Shown piece by piece: positions 1-9,349 of a DNA stretch of 43,331 bases. The position numbers and the translations under genes were made by a program. How positions within the stretch are numbered: the first letter of the stretch is position 1; every line of letters starts with the position of its first letter. A model generated the notes under the pieces. The model had not been told where the DNA came from, ran no database searches, and saw nothing but the letters and a program-made list of their open reading frames with translations. This stretch comes from an uncultured Thermoplasmata archaeon (GTDB lineage: Archaea; Thermoplasmatota; Thermoplasmata; Halarchaeoplasmatales; Halarchaeoplasmataceae), in NCBI GenBank assembly GCA_964454575.1, contig CAYVTG010000003.1, forward strand, positions 1 through 43,331, given 5' to 3'.

Positions 1-1
1 C

Positions 2-499
2 AGGATACAAGCAAAAAGTATCAGGATACAGATCAATTACAAGAATGCCTGGCTCCCGGCACTTTCTCCCATAGACAAGGTACCAGAATTCTTCATCTTG
101 GAATATCAGAAACCGAAGAAACTCATCAAAATAACACATTCGAGCAAAGAGGACTTGATCGCGGATAAAGTCCTTGCGACCTGTAACGTCGGTGGTTTCG
201 GGCGAGAGCGTTTCAAGGATGTCTATGATATAGGGATGTTGCAGAAGGAGGGTTATGACAAGCAAACGGTATCTAAAAAACTCGGATTGGTTGGAAAAAA
301 AGCAAAGATCGAACCTGCATCGCTCATTAAAGGTGCAGTTGAAACCATCTCGGATTTTGGGATAAGGGGCGCAGAAGCCAAAGGTTTTGCTTCCATGGCA
401 GCCAATGCCGGCCAGGATCACGTCAAAGATTGGGAAAGTTTTTGTTTCCGTATCGCGGACGGATTGAAGGGGTTACTGGGCCACATGGATGGATACTGA
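2..499 (+). CDS. AbiEii/AbiGii-like nucleotidyltransferase (type IV toxin family), C-terminal part; 5' end is off the window
   Basis: The frame is open from nt 2 with no stop before the TTG at 98 used by the ORF track, so the gene is cut by the window edge. The block DKVLATCNVGGFGRERFKDVYDIGML resembles the conserved K..A...R...RDlYDl block of DUF1814/AbiEii proteins. Recognised by eye only. Confidence 0.45.
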   Translation, partial: RIQAKSIRIQINYKNAWLPALSPIDKVPEFFILEYQKPKKLIKITHSSKEDLIADKVLATCNVGGFGRERFKDVYDIGMLQKEGYDKQTVSKKLGLVGKKAKIEPASLIKGAVETISDFGIRGAEAKGFASMAANAGQDHVKDWESFCFRIADGLKGLLGHMDGY

Positions 500-547
500 T
501 AGCGACCGAAAGATTCCATGCTCCTCCATACTCTTCCGATTTGTGGA

Positions 548-940
548 TCAATCATCGGTTTTAGTCAAATTATCCAACCCTATATCGATGTATTCGATCA
601 CGTCCATCAGAGCAAGCGTGTTCTCTTTACTCCAGTCATTGACCTCGTCTTCGATGATGCACTTAAGCTCATAACCTGTGATTGATCTTTCTCTGATCGG
701 ATCCAGGTACCATCTCCTTTCGACGGTATTGTAGCTCCCTATCCGCTTTGCAATTCGAAGCCTGCGCTGGAATTCATCTTTCTCCATATAACTATCGGCG
801 ATCTCGAAGGATGTTTGAAGAGGACAGTCCTTCGGAGGGTCACCGGCAGAGTGCTTCGTCCAGCCACATTTGTGATATTGACAGTAATCGCAAACGATCA
901 TATCCGATATGTTCCTGTGGATAAAAGAAACCATGTACAT
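548..940 (-). CDS. hypothetical Cys-rich protein (130 aa)
   Basis: Longest ORF in this interval. N-terminal CDYCQYHKC...C cluster. No family recognised. The competing plus-strand ORFs (489..674 and the 5' part of 815..1408) look less protein-like. Confidence 0.3.
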   Translation of the reverse strand: MYMVSFIHRNISDMIVCDYCQYHKCGWTKHSAGDPPKDCPLQTSFEIADSYMEKDEFQRRLRIAKRIGSYNTVERRWYLDPIRERSITGYELKCIIEDEVNDWSKENTLALMDVIEYIDIGLDNLTKTDD

Positions 941-1057
941 GGGATGGGGGACAGGGCTTTAAGATTTTCTAAGCGTGTTTCAAAATCCGAAACGAGATCC
1001 GGCTTGATGTCAACCGATATAAGTGATTACATCCAAGGTATATACGGTGTATCAAAC

Positions 1058-1408
1058 ATGAAAAATGAAACAAAAAAGAAAACCTCCGCACTCGAATGTC
1101 CTCTGTGTAGAGTATCTTTCACAGATATTGATGATCATCTGGATCATGAGCATGGAATGAAAAGGGAAGAACTAGCCGATTTTCTTAGATATGTGGATAT
1201 CTCCCGGGAAAATCAGTTAAAAAAACAAGTATTCAAAGGACTCTGTATGACCTTCTGGATATACGCATTGGTGGCTATGTGGGTAGCATTACTCTTCATC
1301 ACCACTTTCTCGGGGTTCACACTTGGTTTGAATACAGGCATAATGTCAGTGTCCTCCCTATCCGTTGGTTCGATGCTGATATTACGGTCAGAAGTAACCG
1401 ATGAATGA
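1058..1408 (+). CDS. small membrane protein with an N-terminal C2H2-like zinc-binding motif
   Basis: CPLCRVSFTDIDDHLDHEH motif followed by two hydrophobic helices (LCMTFWIYALVAMWVALLFITTF and GIMSVSSLSVGSMLIL). I use the internal ATG at 1058 (ATG 1007 is also possible) because the 815 start overlaps the minus-strand ORF. A T6 tract follows the stop. Confidence 0.45.
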   Translation: MKNETKKKTSALECPLCRVSFTDIDDHLDHEHGMKREELADFLRYVDISRENQLKKQVFKGLCMTFWIYALVAMWVALLFITTFSGFTLGLNTGIMSVSSLSVGSMLILRSEVTDE

Positions 1409-1435
1409 CAAAATCAAGATAACCTTCTTCCCCCC

Positions 1436-1441
1436 TTTTTT
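1436..1441 (+). terminator. oligo-T tract (T6 after a C5 run) downstream of the 1058..1408 gene
   Basis: CCCCCTTTTTTC lies 28 nt after the stop. Archaeal intrinsic termination uses oligo-T tracts. Confidence 0.35.
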
Positions 1442-1473
1442 CTATCTATATCGATGAGATAAATCGCACTAAA

Positions 1474-1482
1474 CTATATATC
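1474..1482 (+). promoter_or_regulatory. TATA-box-like element upstream of the response-regulator gene
   Basis: CTATATATC lies about 35-42 nt upstream of ATG 1516, which is compatible with a short 5' UTR. Confidence 0.35.
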
Positions 1483-1515
1483 TTAGAAATACGTTGATAC
1501 CGTAGTGAGTGATAC

Positions 1516-2730
1516 ATGACATCTGTCCTGATAGTTGATGATGAACCGGCGGTTCTTGAACAAGCAAAGGTATTCTTAGAGAGAAAGAGTGAAGAGATCG
1601 AAGTGGATACTGCAGACTCCGCAGTGAAAGCGTTAGAGATGGTCGATGAAAATAATTACGATGCGATAGTATCCGATTACAAGATGCCGGAGATGGATGG
1701 CCTTGAACTTCTGAAACGAATAAGGGAGTACGACGATGAGATTCCTTTCATATTCCTCACCGGAAAGGGGGAAGAAAAAGTGGCCATGAACGCATTGAAT
1801 TTGGGGGCCAATAGGTATCTCATCAAAGAAAGCGATCCCCGGGCACAGTATAACATGCTCACACAGACATTATTCCAGGAAGTAGAACTACATGAATCTA
1901 GATTAGAACAAGAAAGGATGAGAAGCGAACTTGCAAAGAGTGAAAAGAAGTATAGGACCATCTTCGATGCAACCGGTACCGCCACCGTCCTTATAAACGA
2001 GGATGGGACTATTTCACTGGCAAACAAAGGTTTTCAGGAACTCACCGGTTACACACGTGAAGAGTTGATCGATAAAAAGAAATGGCTTCAATTCGTTAAC
2101 GAAAAGGATACCGAACGAGTCGACAGATTTCACAAGTTGGGTATGGTGGATACAAGTTTATCTCAGAAAAGTTACGAGATGAGATTGGTAGATAAAAACA
2201 ACAGATCTAAAAATGTGTATGTGACTTTGTCTTGGGTTCCGGAAACCCAAAAATGCATAGCGTCAATACTCGATTTCACCGGTTTTGAAAGTCCCCTTGA
2301 AGAATTGAAAAGTCTTCATGCATCCGTATTATCCGACGATAAAAAAAGTATCGAAAAGCACCTCTCCAGCATGGTGGCAGAATTATTTGAACCCGAAGTC
2401 CTCAAAAAGCGTATAAAAGATTGGGGTTTGGAGGAGATATTCCTGCTGTTGATAGCCATAAGGGACGGTGCTAATGGTAAAGAACTCGGTGAGGACCTTA
2501 GAAGACTTTTCAATATATCTCTGAGTACCAGTATAGTATATCCCTGTCTTTATGAACTTGAGGAAGCCGGTTTTCTCAGGAAACAGGAACATATACGCAC
2601 CAAGGAATATCTGATCAAAGATGAAGATCGAGCGATGGAATCGATCCAAGAAAAGATCAAACAACTCTTTGGTATTTATTCCATCTTAAAACTTCTATCA
2701 TTGCAGGTGGAAATGAATGACCGTGAATGA
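1516..2730 (+). CDS. response regulator: CheY-like receiver + PAS + C-terminal PadR-like winged-helix
   Basis: Receiver motifs LIVDDEP and VSDYKMPEMDG (acceptor Asp54, nt 1675-1677). PAS block KKYRTIFDATGTATVLINEDGTISLANKGFQELTGYTREELI. C-terminal ANGKELGEDL...SIVYPCLYELEEAGFLRKQEH..TKEYLIKDED matches the PadR wHTH pattern. Confidence 0.85.
   Translation: MTSVLIVDDEPAVLEQAKVFLERKSEEIEVDTADSAVKALEMVDENNYDAIVSDYKMPEMDGLELLKRIREYDDEIPFIFLTGKGEEKVAMNALNLGANRYLIKESDPRAQYNMLTQTLFQEVELHESRLEQERMRSELAKSEKKYRTIFDATGTATVLINEDGTISLANKGFQELTGYTREELIDKKKWLQFVNEKDTERVDRFHKLGMVDTSLSQKSYEMRLVDKNNRSKNVYVTLSWVPETQKCIASILDFTGFESPLEELKSLHASVLSDDKKSIEKHLSSMVAELFEPEVLKKRIKDWGLEEIFLLLIAIRDGANGKELGEDLRRLFNISLSTSIVYPCLYELEEAGFLRKQEHIRTKEYLIKDEDRAMESIQEKIKQLFGIYSILKLLSLQVEMNDRE
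2706..2710 (+). promoter_or_regulatory. Shine-Dalgarno-like GGTGG for the histidine kinase start
   Basis: 6 nt upstream of ATG 2717 and inside the 3' end of the upstream gene, suggesting translational coupling. Confidence 0.45.
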
Positions 2731-5700
2731 GAAGGAGAAAGGCAAAGTAAAGATAATGGTCGTTGACGATGAAGAAGATTATCTTATACAACTAAGGTCA
2801 CATCTGAATAAACTCGATGATGATTTTAGTATCGACACATTCTCATCGCCTGACAAGGCACTCAACGCATTTATAGCCGGAGACTATGATATCGTGGTTT
2901 CGGACTATCATATGCCAGGTATGGACGGTTTTCAATTTTTACAGGCATTGAAGGAAAATGATATAGATATACCGTTCATATTCCTGACCGGCAGAGGTGA
3001 GGAAAAGATAGCTGCGAAAGCTCTCAATCTGGGGGCGGACGGTTATATAAACAAAAATTCCGGGTTAAAATTGGTGGCAAAGGATATCCATCGAAATGTA
3101 GCTGCCGTACGTGAAAAAAGGGATATCACAGATGCTTTAAAAGAGAGCCAGCGGATGCTTTCCACATTGATGAGTAATCTTCCCGGGATGGCATATCGAT
3201 GCAAGAACGATAAACAATGGACCATGAAATTCGTCAGTGAAGGGTGTTTCGACCTAACCGGTTATCATCACGATGAACTTCTTGATAATCGCGTCCTGTC
3301 CTTTGCTGAACTGATGCATCCCGATGATGTTTCATTTGTGGAGGAAGCGGTTAAGGCCGCCCTCAAAAATAACGAACCGTTCAAGCTTACCTATCGTATC
3401 TTCAGTAAGGACGGAAAAGAGAAATGGGTATGGGAACAGGGGAGCGGTGTTCGGGACGTTGATGATAACATCGAATTCTTGGAAGGTTTCATCACCGATA
3501 TCACAGAAACGAAGACCAAAGAAAAAGAGAGAAAAGAAAGTGAAGAAAAGTATCGTAATCTTATCGAACGTGCAAATGATGGTATCGCAGTAGTCCAAGA
3601 TGCAGAGTTAAAATATGTTAACCCACGATTGGCTCAGATGCTCGGTTACTCAGTGGATGATATTCTGAAAACACCTTTCGCCATTTATATAGCTCCGGAC
3701 GAACTACCCAAGGTTTCGGATCGCTACAAAAAAAGGATAGCTGGAAAGGATGTTCCGCAGGTATATGATACCACCCTACTCAAAAAAGACGGAAGTAGGT
3801 TGGATGTGGAACTCAATGCAGGGATAATAGATTACGAAGGCAAGCCTGCGGATTTCGTTTTCATAAGAGATATCACCAAGCGTAAACAGGCCGAAAAAGC
3901 ATTGAAGGATTCAGAGAGAACATATGTTAGTATATACGAAACCATGCTTTCCATCGCAGCGGAGGAAGAATTATCTCAAGTCATCAAAAAAATAGCCGAT
4001 GAGGCAACTGAATTATTAGAAGCATCTGATTGTACCGTCTATTTAGGAGATACCACAAAGGAAGTTCTCGTCCCCATCTATTCCAATCACAAGTCTTACA
4101 GCCATGAGATAATGGACTATGAGATACCTTTTGGAAAGGGTATCACCGGTAACGCGTTCCGATCTGAAAAAACAATATATCTTAATTATGATGAAGAGGA
4201 TCCATATTCTATACATATTCCCGGTACCAATCAAAGGGAGGATCAATACGAATCTGTTGTTTCTACACCTCTTCTCCACAATAACAACGTAATAGGTGTA
4301 CTGTCCATAAATAAACTCAAAGAAAAATTCGACGAATCTGATGTTAAGAAATTAAACATATTTGCGAAACAAGCAGAGCTAGCCTTGAAAAAAGCAGAAG
4401 ATCGCGACAAACTGATCGCTTCTCAAAAAATGCTCAGAAAGAGTGAAGTCAAGATAAAGAAACTTCACGATGTAGCAATGAGGATGAAAACGGCAAGCGG
4501 AGAAGAAGAACTTTTCAACCTTGTAAAGGATGCCGCTCGTCGCATACTTGATTTTAAAGTATGTAGTATAGATATGGTGGAAGATGATGAATTAGTAGTC
4601 AAAGCTACGATCGGTGGTGTTCAGAAAGAAGGAACCCGTTACCCCATCGAAGGTGTAGCCGGCCAGACATATGAAGAGAGAGAATCATTCTTGATCGCAG
4701 ATATAGAAAAGGAAAAGAAGGCTGTTCCGAAAAGTGAGACGTATAAGTCGGCCATAAGTATCCCTATCGGTATCTACGGCGTGTTTCAAGCACTATCCGA
4801 AGAATTAAATCACTTCGATGAAAAGGATCTTGAACTAACTGAGATACTTGTGTCACATCTGACACTATCTTTAGAAAGGATCCGGCACGAACACGAACTC
4901 CGTGAAAAGGATGAAAGATTCCAATCATTAGCAAATAGTGCACCGAGTATAATCTATATGATAAACAATGATGAACACTGGTCTATGACATATATCAACG
5001 ATGCTGTGGAGAGCGTCACCGGTTATCCGAAAGAGCTATTTTTAAAGGGTGAGAAGAGCTTCTCCGAGCTTTATTTACCGGAAGACAAGGATGGCATTTA
5101 CAGAGATGTTCAAGACGCTGTCGCCGATAAAAAGATCTATCATCTTAATTATAGGATCGTACATGCCGACGGCAGCATCCGTTGGATGGAGGAATACGGT
5201 GATGCCATCCGTGAAGACGGAGAGATACAGTACTTCGTGGGCATCGTTTTGGATATAACCGAACGTAGGATATATCAGGAGGGCCTGAAGGCGACGAAGG
5301 AATTTCTGCGAAACGTTATGGACACCATACCTGTGCGTGTTTTCTGGAAGGATAGGGAATCAATATATTTGGGCTGCAACAAACCTTTTGCAAAAGATGC
5401 AGGTCTGGAATTACCCACAGATATACTGGGTAAAGACGATTTTCAGTTGGGTTGGCGAGAACAAGCCGAGCTCTACCGGTCTGACGACAAACAGGTGATG
5501 GAAAGTGCAGAACCTAAGATAGGATACGAGGAACCCCAAACAACCCCCGATGGTAAAAAGATATGGCTGAGGACCAGTAAAGTTCCTCTTAAAGACCCTA
5601 ATGGAGAAACCATCGGAGTATTGGGTACTTACGAAGATATAACAGAACAAAAGTATGCCGAAGAAGAGTTAAGAAAATACAAAGATCATCTTGAAGAATT

Positions 5701-6409
5701 AGTAAAAGAAAGGACCGCTGAACTAGCAGAAGTTAACAAAGAACTGGAATCTTTTGCTTATTCGGTATCGCATGACCTACGAGCACCATTGAGGGCCATC
5801 GAAGGCTTTGGTCAGGCACTGCTTGAGGATTATAAAGGATCTAATCTTGAGCAAGTTGAAGAGTACTCTCAAAAGATGGTGGACGCTGCTGAAAGGATGG
5901 ATGCTCTGATCCTAGACCTCCTCGCCTACAGTAGGATGACAACAAATGAGATAAACATAACCTCTGTTTCATCGGAGGATATCGTAGTACGGGTGATGGA
6001 TCGGTTAGATAAAGATATAGAAGACAGTGGAGCGGAGATAACCATAGAAAAGCCCCTGCCGGATATCAAAGCACACCCTTCTACGATGGTCAGGATATTG
6101 ACCAACATAGTTAATAATGCTATAAAATACGTGAAGCAGGAAGAACATCCCGTTATCAAATTAAGAGGCGAAAAAGTAAACGATAATGTGCGTATATGGA
6201 TTGAGGATAAAGGGATCGGCATAGCTCCGGAAAATACCGATCATATATTCGAAATATTCGAACGTCTTCACGGTCGTGAAACCTATCCCGGGACCGGAAT
6301 AGGTCTGGCCATCGTCAAGAAAGGAGTGGAAAGGATGGGCGGGCGTGTGGGTGTAGAATCTGAATTGGGTAAAGGCAGCAGGTTCTGGATCGAACTACCC
6401 GGTGGATAA
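2717..6409 (+). CDS. hybrid multi-sensor histidine kinase (REC - PAS x4 - GAF x2 - HisKA - HATPase_c)
   Basis: Receiver (MVVDDEEDY...VSDYHMPGMDG), repeated PAS/PAC blocks and GAF-like blocks. H-box FAYSVSHDLRAPL (His codon 5771-5773). N/G1/G2 boxes NAIKY, EDKGIGI, GTGIGLAIV. The start overlaps the upstream stop by 14 nt. Confidence 0.9.
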   Translation: MTVNEKEKGKVKIMVVDDEEDYLIQLRSHLNKLDDDFSIDTFSSPDKALNAFIAGDYDIVVSDYHMPGMDGFQFLQALKENDIDIPFIFLTGRGEEKIAAKALNLGADGYINKNSGLKLVAKDIHRNVAAVREKRDITDALKESQRMLSTLMSNLPGMAYRCKNDKQWTMKFVSEGCFDLTGYHHDELLDNRVLSFAELMHPDDVSFVEEAVKAALKNNEPFKLTYRIFSKDGKEKWVWEQGSGVRDVDDNIEFLEGFITDITETKTKEKERKESEEKYRNLIERANDGIAVVQDAELKYVNPRLAQMLGYSVDDILKTPFAIYIAPDELPKVSDRYKKRIAGKDVPQVYDTTLLKKDGSRLDVELNAGIIDYEGKPADFVFIRDITKRKQAEKALKDSERTYVSIYETMLSIAAEEELSQVIKKIADEATELLEASDCTVYLGDTTKEVLVPIYSNHKSYSHEIMDYEIPFGKGITGNAFRSEKTIYLNYDEEDPYSIHIPGTNQREDQYESVVSTPLLHNNNVIGVLSINKLKEKFDESDVKKLNIFAKQAELALKKAEDRDKLIASQKMLRKSEVKIKKLHDVAMRMKTASGEEELFNLVKDAARRILDFKVCSIDMVEDDELVVKATIGGVQKEGTRYPIEGVAGQTYEERESFLIADIEKEKKAVPKSETYKSAISIPIGIYGVFQALSEELNHFDEKDLELTEILVSHLTLSLERIRHEHELREKDERFQSLANSAPSIIYMINNDEHWSMTYINDAVESVTGYPKELFLKGEKSFSELYLPEDKDGIYRDVQDAVADKKIYHLNYRIVHADGSIRWMEEYGDAIREDGEIQYFVGIVLDITERRIYQEGLKATKEFLRNVMDTIPVRVFWKDRESIYLGCNKPFAKDAGLELPTDILGKDDFQLGWREQAELYRSDDKQVMESAEPKIGYEEPQTTPDGKKIWLRTSKVPLKDPNGETIGVLGTYEDITEQKYAEEELRKYKDHLEELVKERTAELAEVNKELESFAYSVSHDLRAPLRAIEGFGQALLEDYKGSNLEQVEEYSQKMVDAAERMDALILDLLAYSRMTTNEINITSVSSEDIVVRVMDRLDKDIEDSGAEITIEKPLPDIKAHPSTMVRILTNIVNNAIKYVKQEEHPVIKLRGEKVNDNVRIWIEDKGIGIAPENTDHIFEIFERLHGRETYPGTGIGLAIVKKGVERMGGRVGVESELGKGSRFWIELPGG

Positions 6410-6410
6410 C

Positions 6411-7727
6411 TCAGAAATTTTTGAGTATATCCTTCAGTACGGATTCGTCCTCCACCTCTAGCTCGTATTTTACCCTGACTAGCGGCTTGCTGACTTTGAG
6501 CACTCTTTCTAGATCTATGGGTGTTCCGGAAACAACAACATCGCATTCAGAGCGTTCGATAGTTTCTTCGAGATCTTTTACTTGAGAATCTCCGTAACCC
6601 ATTGCGGGAAGTACTTTTTCCAGATGAGTATATTTCTTAAATGTGTCATCGATGGAGTTAACTGCAGAAGTTCTGGGATCGATTATCTCTGCTGCGTTGT
6701 ATTTTTTCGCTGCCAAAAGACCTGCTCCAAAACCCATATCGCCGTGGGTAACTGTTGGACCGTCTTCGATAACTAGGACCTTTTTTCCTTCTATCATCTC
6801 AGGTTTATCAACGGTTATCGGCGAGTTGGCTCGTATTATCTTTGCATCGGGATTGGTATTTTTGATGTTTTCTTCAAGTGCTTTAATATTTTCTTCATCG
6901 GCGGAATCACACTTGTTGATTATACAGACATCAGCCATCCGTAGATTGACTTCACCGGGATGGTATTGCAGTTCATGTCCCACTCTATGTGGATCAAGTA
7001 CTGTAAAGTTTAGGTCCGGTCTGTAGAAAGAAGTGTCGTTGTTTCCACCGTCCCATATTATGATATCCGATTCCTTCTCAGCATCGATAAGTATCTTACC
7101 ATAATCTACTCCTGCATAAACGACCATTCCCTTATCTATGTATGGTTCGTATTCTTCACGTTCCTCTATGGTACATAGATGTTTGTCGAGATCTTCATAC
7201 TCTGCAAATCTTTGGACCGCCTGTTTTTCAAGGTCTCCGTAGGGCATGGGATGCCTGATGGCACTTACTTTCTTTCCCTTTTCGATGAGTAATTCACATA
7301 TCTTACGGGTGGTTTGACTTTTCCCCGATCCCGTTCGTATAGCGCAAATAGATATCAATGGCTTTCGTGATTTGATCATGGTTGAATCATTTCCAAGGAG
7401 CACGAAATCCGCCCCGAGTGCTATAGCCGTAGATGCTTTGTGCATCACATATTCGTGTCTAACATCACTGTATGCGAATACAACTTCTTCTACATTCTCA
7501 TCTACGATCAATTCCGGAAGATCATCCTCATGAACTATAGGTATACCATCGGGATATTGTTCTCCCGCAAGTGCTGGAGGATATCTACGGCCTTCTATAT
7601 CAGGTATCTGAGTTGCTGTAAAAGCTATCACTCGATAATCTGGATCGTCTCGGTACACTGTGTTGAAATTGTGAAAATCTCTTCCCGCAGCGCCCATTAT
7701 TATTACATTCTTTTTTTTCCTTTCCAT
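6411..7727 (-). CDS. COG2403-family predicted P-loop GTPase (cyclic 2,3-diphosphoglycerate synthetase-related)
   Basis: N-terminus VIIMGAAGRDFHNFNTVYRDDPDYRVIAFTATQIP and P-loop CAIRTGSGKSQTT are as I remember for this archaeal family. Full-length 438-aa ORF. Confidence 0.7.
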   Translation of the reverse strand: MERKKKNVIIMGAAGRDFHNFNTVYRDDPDYRVIAFTATQIPDIEGRRYPPALAGEQYPDGIPIVHEDDLPELIVDENVEEVVFAYSDVRHEYVMHKASTAIALGADFVLLGNDSTMIKSRKPLISICAIRTGSGKSQTTRKICELLIEKGKKVSAIRHPMPYGDLEKQAVQRFAEYEDLDKHLCTIEEREEYEPYIDKGMVVYAGVDYGKILIDAEKESDIIIWDGGNNDTSFYRPDLNFTVLDPHRVGHELQYHPGEVNLRMADVCIINKCDSADEENIKALEENIKNTNPDAKIIRANSPITVDKPEMIEGKKVLVIEDGPTVTHGDMGFGAGLLAAKKYNAAEIIDPRTSAVNSIDDTFKKYTHLEKVLPAMGYGDSQVKDLEETIERSECDVVVSGTPIDLERVLKVSKPLVRVKYELEVEDESVLKDILKNF

Positions 7728-7828
7728 TTTGACACCGATTGGGCGAAGTAGGATAGTGTATAACTAATTTACGGACATGCATCAATGATTCAATAATACT
7801 AAATCCCACCTGTCTTATAGCTCGAACA

Positions 7829-8707
7829 ATGTATTGGCTTTCGTATGTGGTAATCGCGATGATCCTAGGCGGTTTGATAGTTGCCTGGAAGACTGAATTG
7901 TATATCACACAAGTACTGGTGATCGTAAATCTTTTGATATTCATGATGGTGTTCATACCGGGTATAAGATATCCGGATATAACCAATACTGTGTACCAAG
8001 ATCTAGCCGGTCGCGCTGTATATCTGCAAACAGGGCGTTCGCTATACACTTTTTTTACTTTGATGTTCCTTCACGGGAGTTTTATGCACATCGCCGGAAA
8101 CATACTCGTTCTGTTCTTCATCGGGATCGCATTGGAAGACCGGTTAGGTAAAAGTAAGACTGCGCTCGCTTTTTTTTCAACTGGTCTGATCGCCACCCTG
8201 GGTCAATACATGGTGAATTGGGGTTCTAGCAATCTAAATCTAGGGGCCTCAGGTGCCGTTATGGGGGTCATGGGTGTGATGGTAATCCTATATCCCAGGG
8301 ACAAGATACCGATGTTTTTAGGTCCCATCTTCATGCCCGCTGTGCGAGTAGATCTAGCCGTGGGAGTCTTCATCGCCATGCAAACCGGTATAGCACTATT
8401 GAATCCCCATTCGAATATAGCACATGCGGCACACATAGCCGGGTTCGTTTCCGGTATCATATTGGCAGCTGTCATGCGAAAGACCATTGTGTCTGATGAT
8501 ATCAAAAAGGTACGAGATCACACGAAACTTGAGGAACTAATCACCGATGAGGCCATGGCTGAGATCTATAGAAAGATCATCCGGGCGGATACCGATGTGG
8601 TCAGAGATGCATGGCTGGAGGCCTTCCTTGAAAGGGCAAAATGTCCCGATTGTTCTGAACCCCTTGAGGGTGAAAGATGCAGATGTGGATACAAGATATG
8701 GGAGTAA
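7829..8707 (+). CDS. rhomboid-family intramembrane serine protease with C-terminal zinc-ribbon tail
   Basis: Rhomboid motifs LHGSFMHIAGNILVLFFIG, catalytic GASGAVMGVMG (GxSG) and AHAAHIAGFVSG, with multiple TM helices. The tail contains CPDCSEPLEGERCRC. Confidence 0.85.
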   Translation: MYWLSYVVIAMILGGLIVAWKTELYITQVLVIVNLLIFMMVFIPGIRYPDITNTVYQDLAGRAVYLQTGRSLYTFFTLMFLHGSFMHIAGNILVLFFIGIALEDRLGKSKTALAFFSTGLIATLGQYMVNWGSSNLNLGASGAVMGVMGVMVILYPRDKIPMFLGPIFMPAVRVDLAVGVFIAMQTGIALLNPHSNIAHAAHIAGFVSGIILAAVMRKTIVSDDIKKVRDHTKLEELITDEAMAEIYRKIIRADTDVVRDAWLEAFLERAKCPDCSEPLEGERCRCGYKIWE

Positions 8708-8742
8708 GGTTAAAATAGATAGGCTGTATGTATTGTAGAAAT

Positions 8743-8749
8743 AGGTGAT
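8743..8749 (+). promoter_or_regulatory. Shine-Dalgarno AGGTGAT
   Basis: Complementary to the archaeal 16S 3' end (..AUCACCU..). Spaced 5-6 nt from ATG 8755. Confidence 0.6.
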
Positions 8750-8754
8750 AAAAC

Positions 8755-9348
8755 ATGAATATTTCCGGAACATATAATCTTATATGCCCCGTATGTGAAA
8801 CTGAAACCCCTCATAAAATACTCAAGGGTGAAGTAGGAACATCCGGAAAAGAGATAACTATCGACGGCGTGGTAAAATGCGAAGAATGCGGACACACAAG
8901 GCACAAGACCATAAGAGAAAAGACCGCAATAGATGTACCTCTGATAATCAGCTGGAAGAAAGAAACAGAAAAAACTTCGATATCTCTGCTTCCGGACGAA
9001 TGGGTTCATGTTGACGACGAACTTTTAGTCGATGGAGTAAGAACCAAGATAACAGCAATCGAGACCGAGCCGAGAAGGGTTACTAAAGCTAAGGCAGAGG
9101 ATATTACCACGATATGGACGATAAAATACGACAAAACATTGGTTAAAGTTGCCGTTCATAAGGGACGAAATACCGTATCCCGTGTTCTCGAAGTTCCACC
9201 CGAAGAAGAGTTTTACATAAACGACCCGATACAAGTCGGCCGTTACGATGCAGTGATACAGCGGATCAAAACGACCAAAGGCATAGTGAAGCGTGGCTCA
9301 GCTAAGGCAGATGATATCACAAGGATATATGCAAAGATGATACGTTAA
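8755..9348 (+). CDS. archaeal zinc-ribbon protein of unknown function (COG1326/HVO_0476-like)
   Basis: CPVC...x37...CEEC zinc ribbon at the N-terminus followed by a beta-rich domain. Strong Shine-Dalgarno AGGTGAT lies 6 nt upstream of the ATG. Confidence 0.55.
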   Translation: MNISGTYNLICPVCETETPHKILKGEVGTSGKEITIDGVVKCEECGHTRHKTIREKTAIDVPLIISWKKETEKTSISLLPDEWVHVDDELLVDGVRTKITAIETEPRRVTKAKAEDITTIWTIKYDKTLVKVAVHKGRNTVSRVLEVPPEEEFYINDPIQVGRYDAVIQRIKTTKGIVKRGSAKADDITRIYAKMIR

Positions 9349-9349
9349 C

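Noticed and set aside
815-1057. N-terminal 81 codons of the tracked ORF 815..1408.
   Set aside because: This part overlaps the minus-strand ORF 548..940 and translates to Arg/Val-rich sequence with no features. The recognisable zinc-finger/TM protein begins after the internal ATGs at 1007 and 1058.
6582-7026. Plus-strand ORFs 6582..6776 and 6643..7026, and the minus-strand ORFs 6283..6546 and 7600..8049.
   Set aside because: They are shadows of, or overlaps with, the GTPase, kinase and rhomboid genes. Their translations are Cys/Ser/Arg-rich without motifs.
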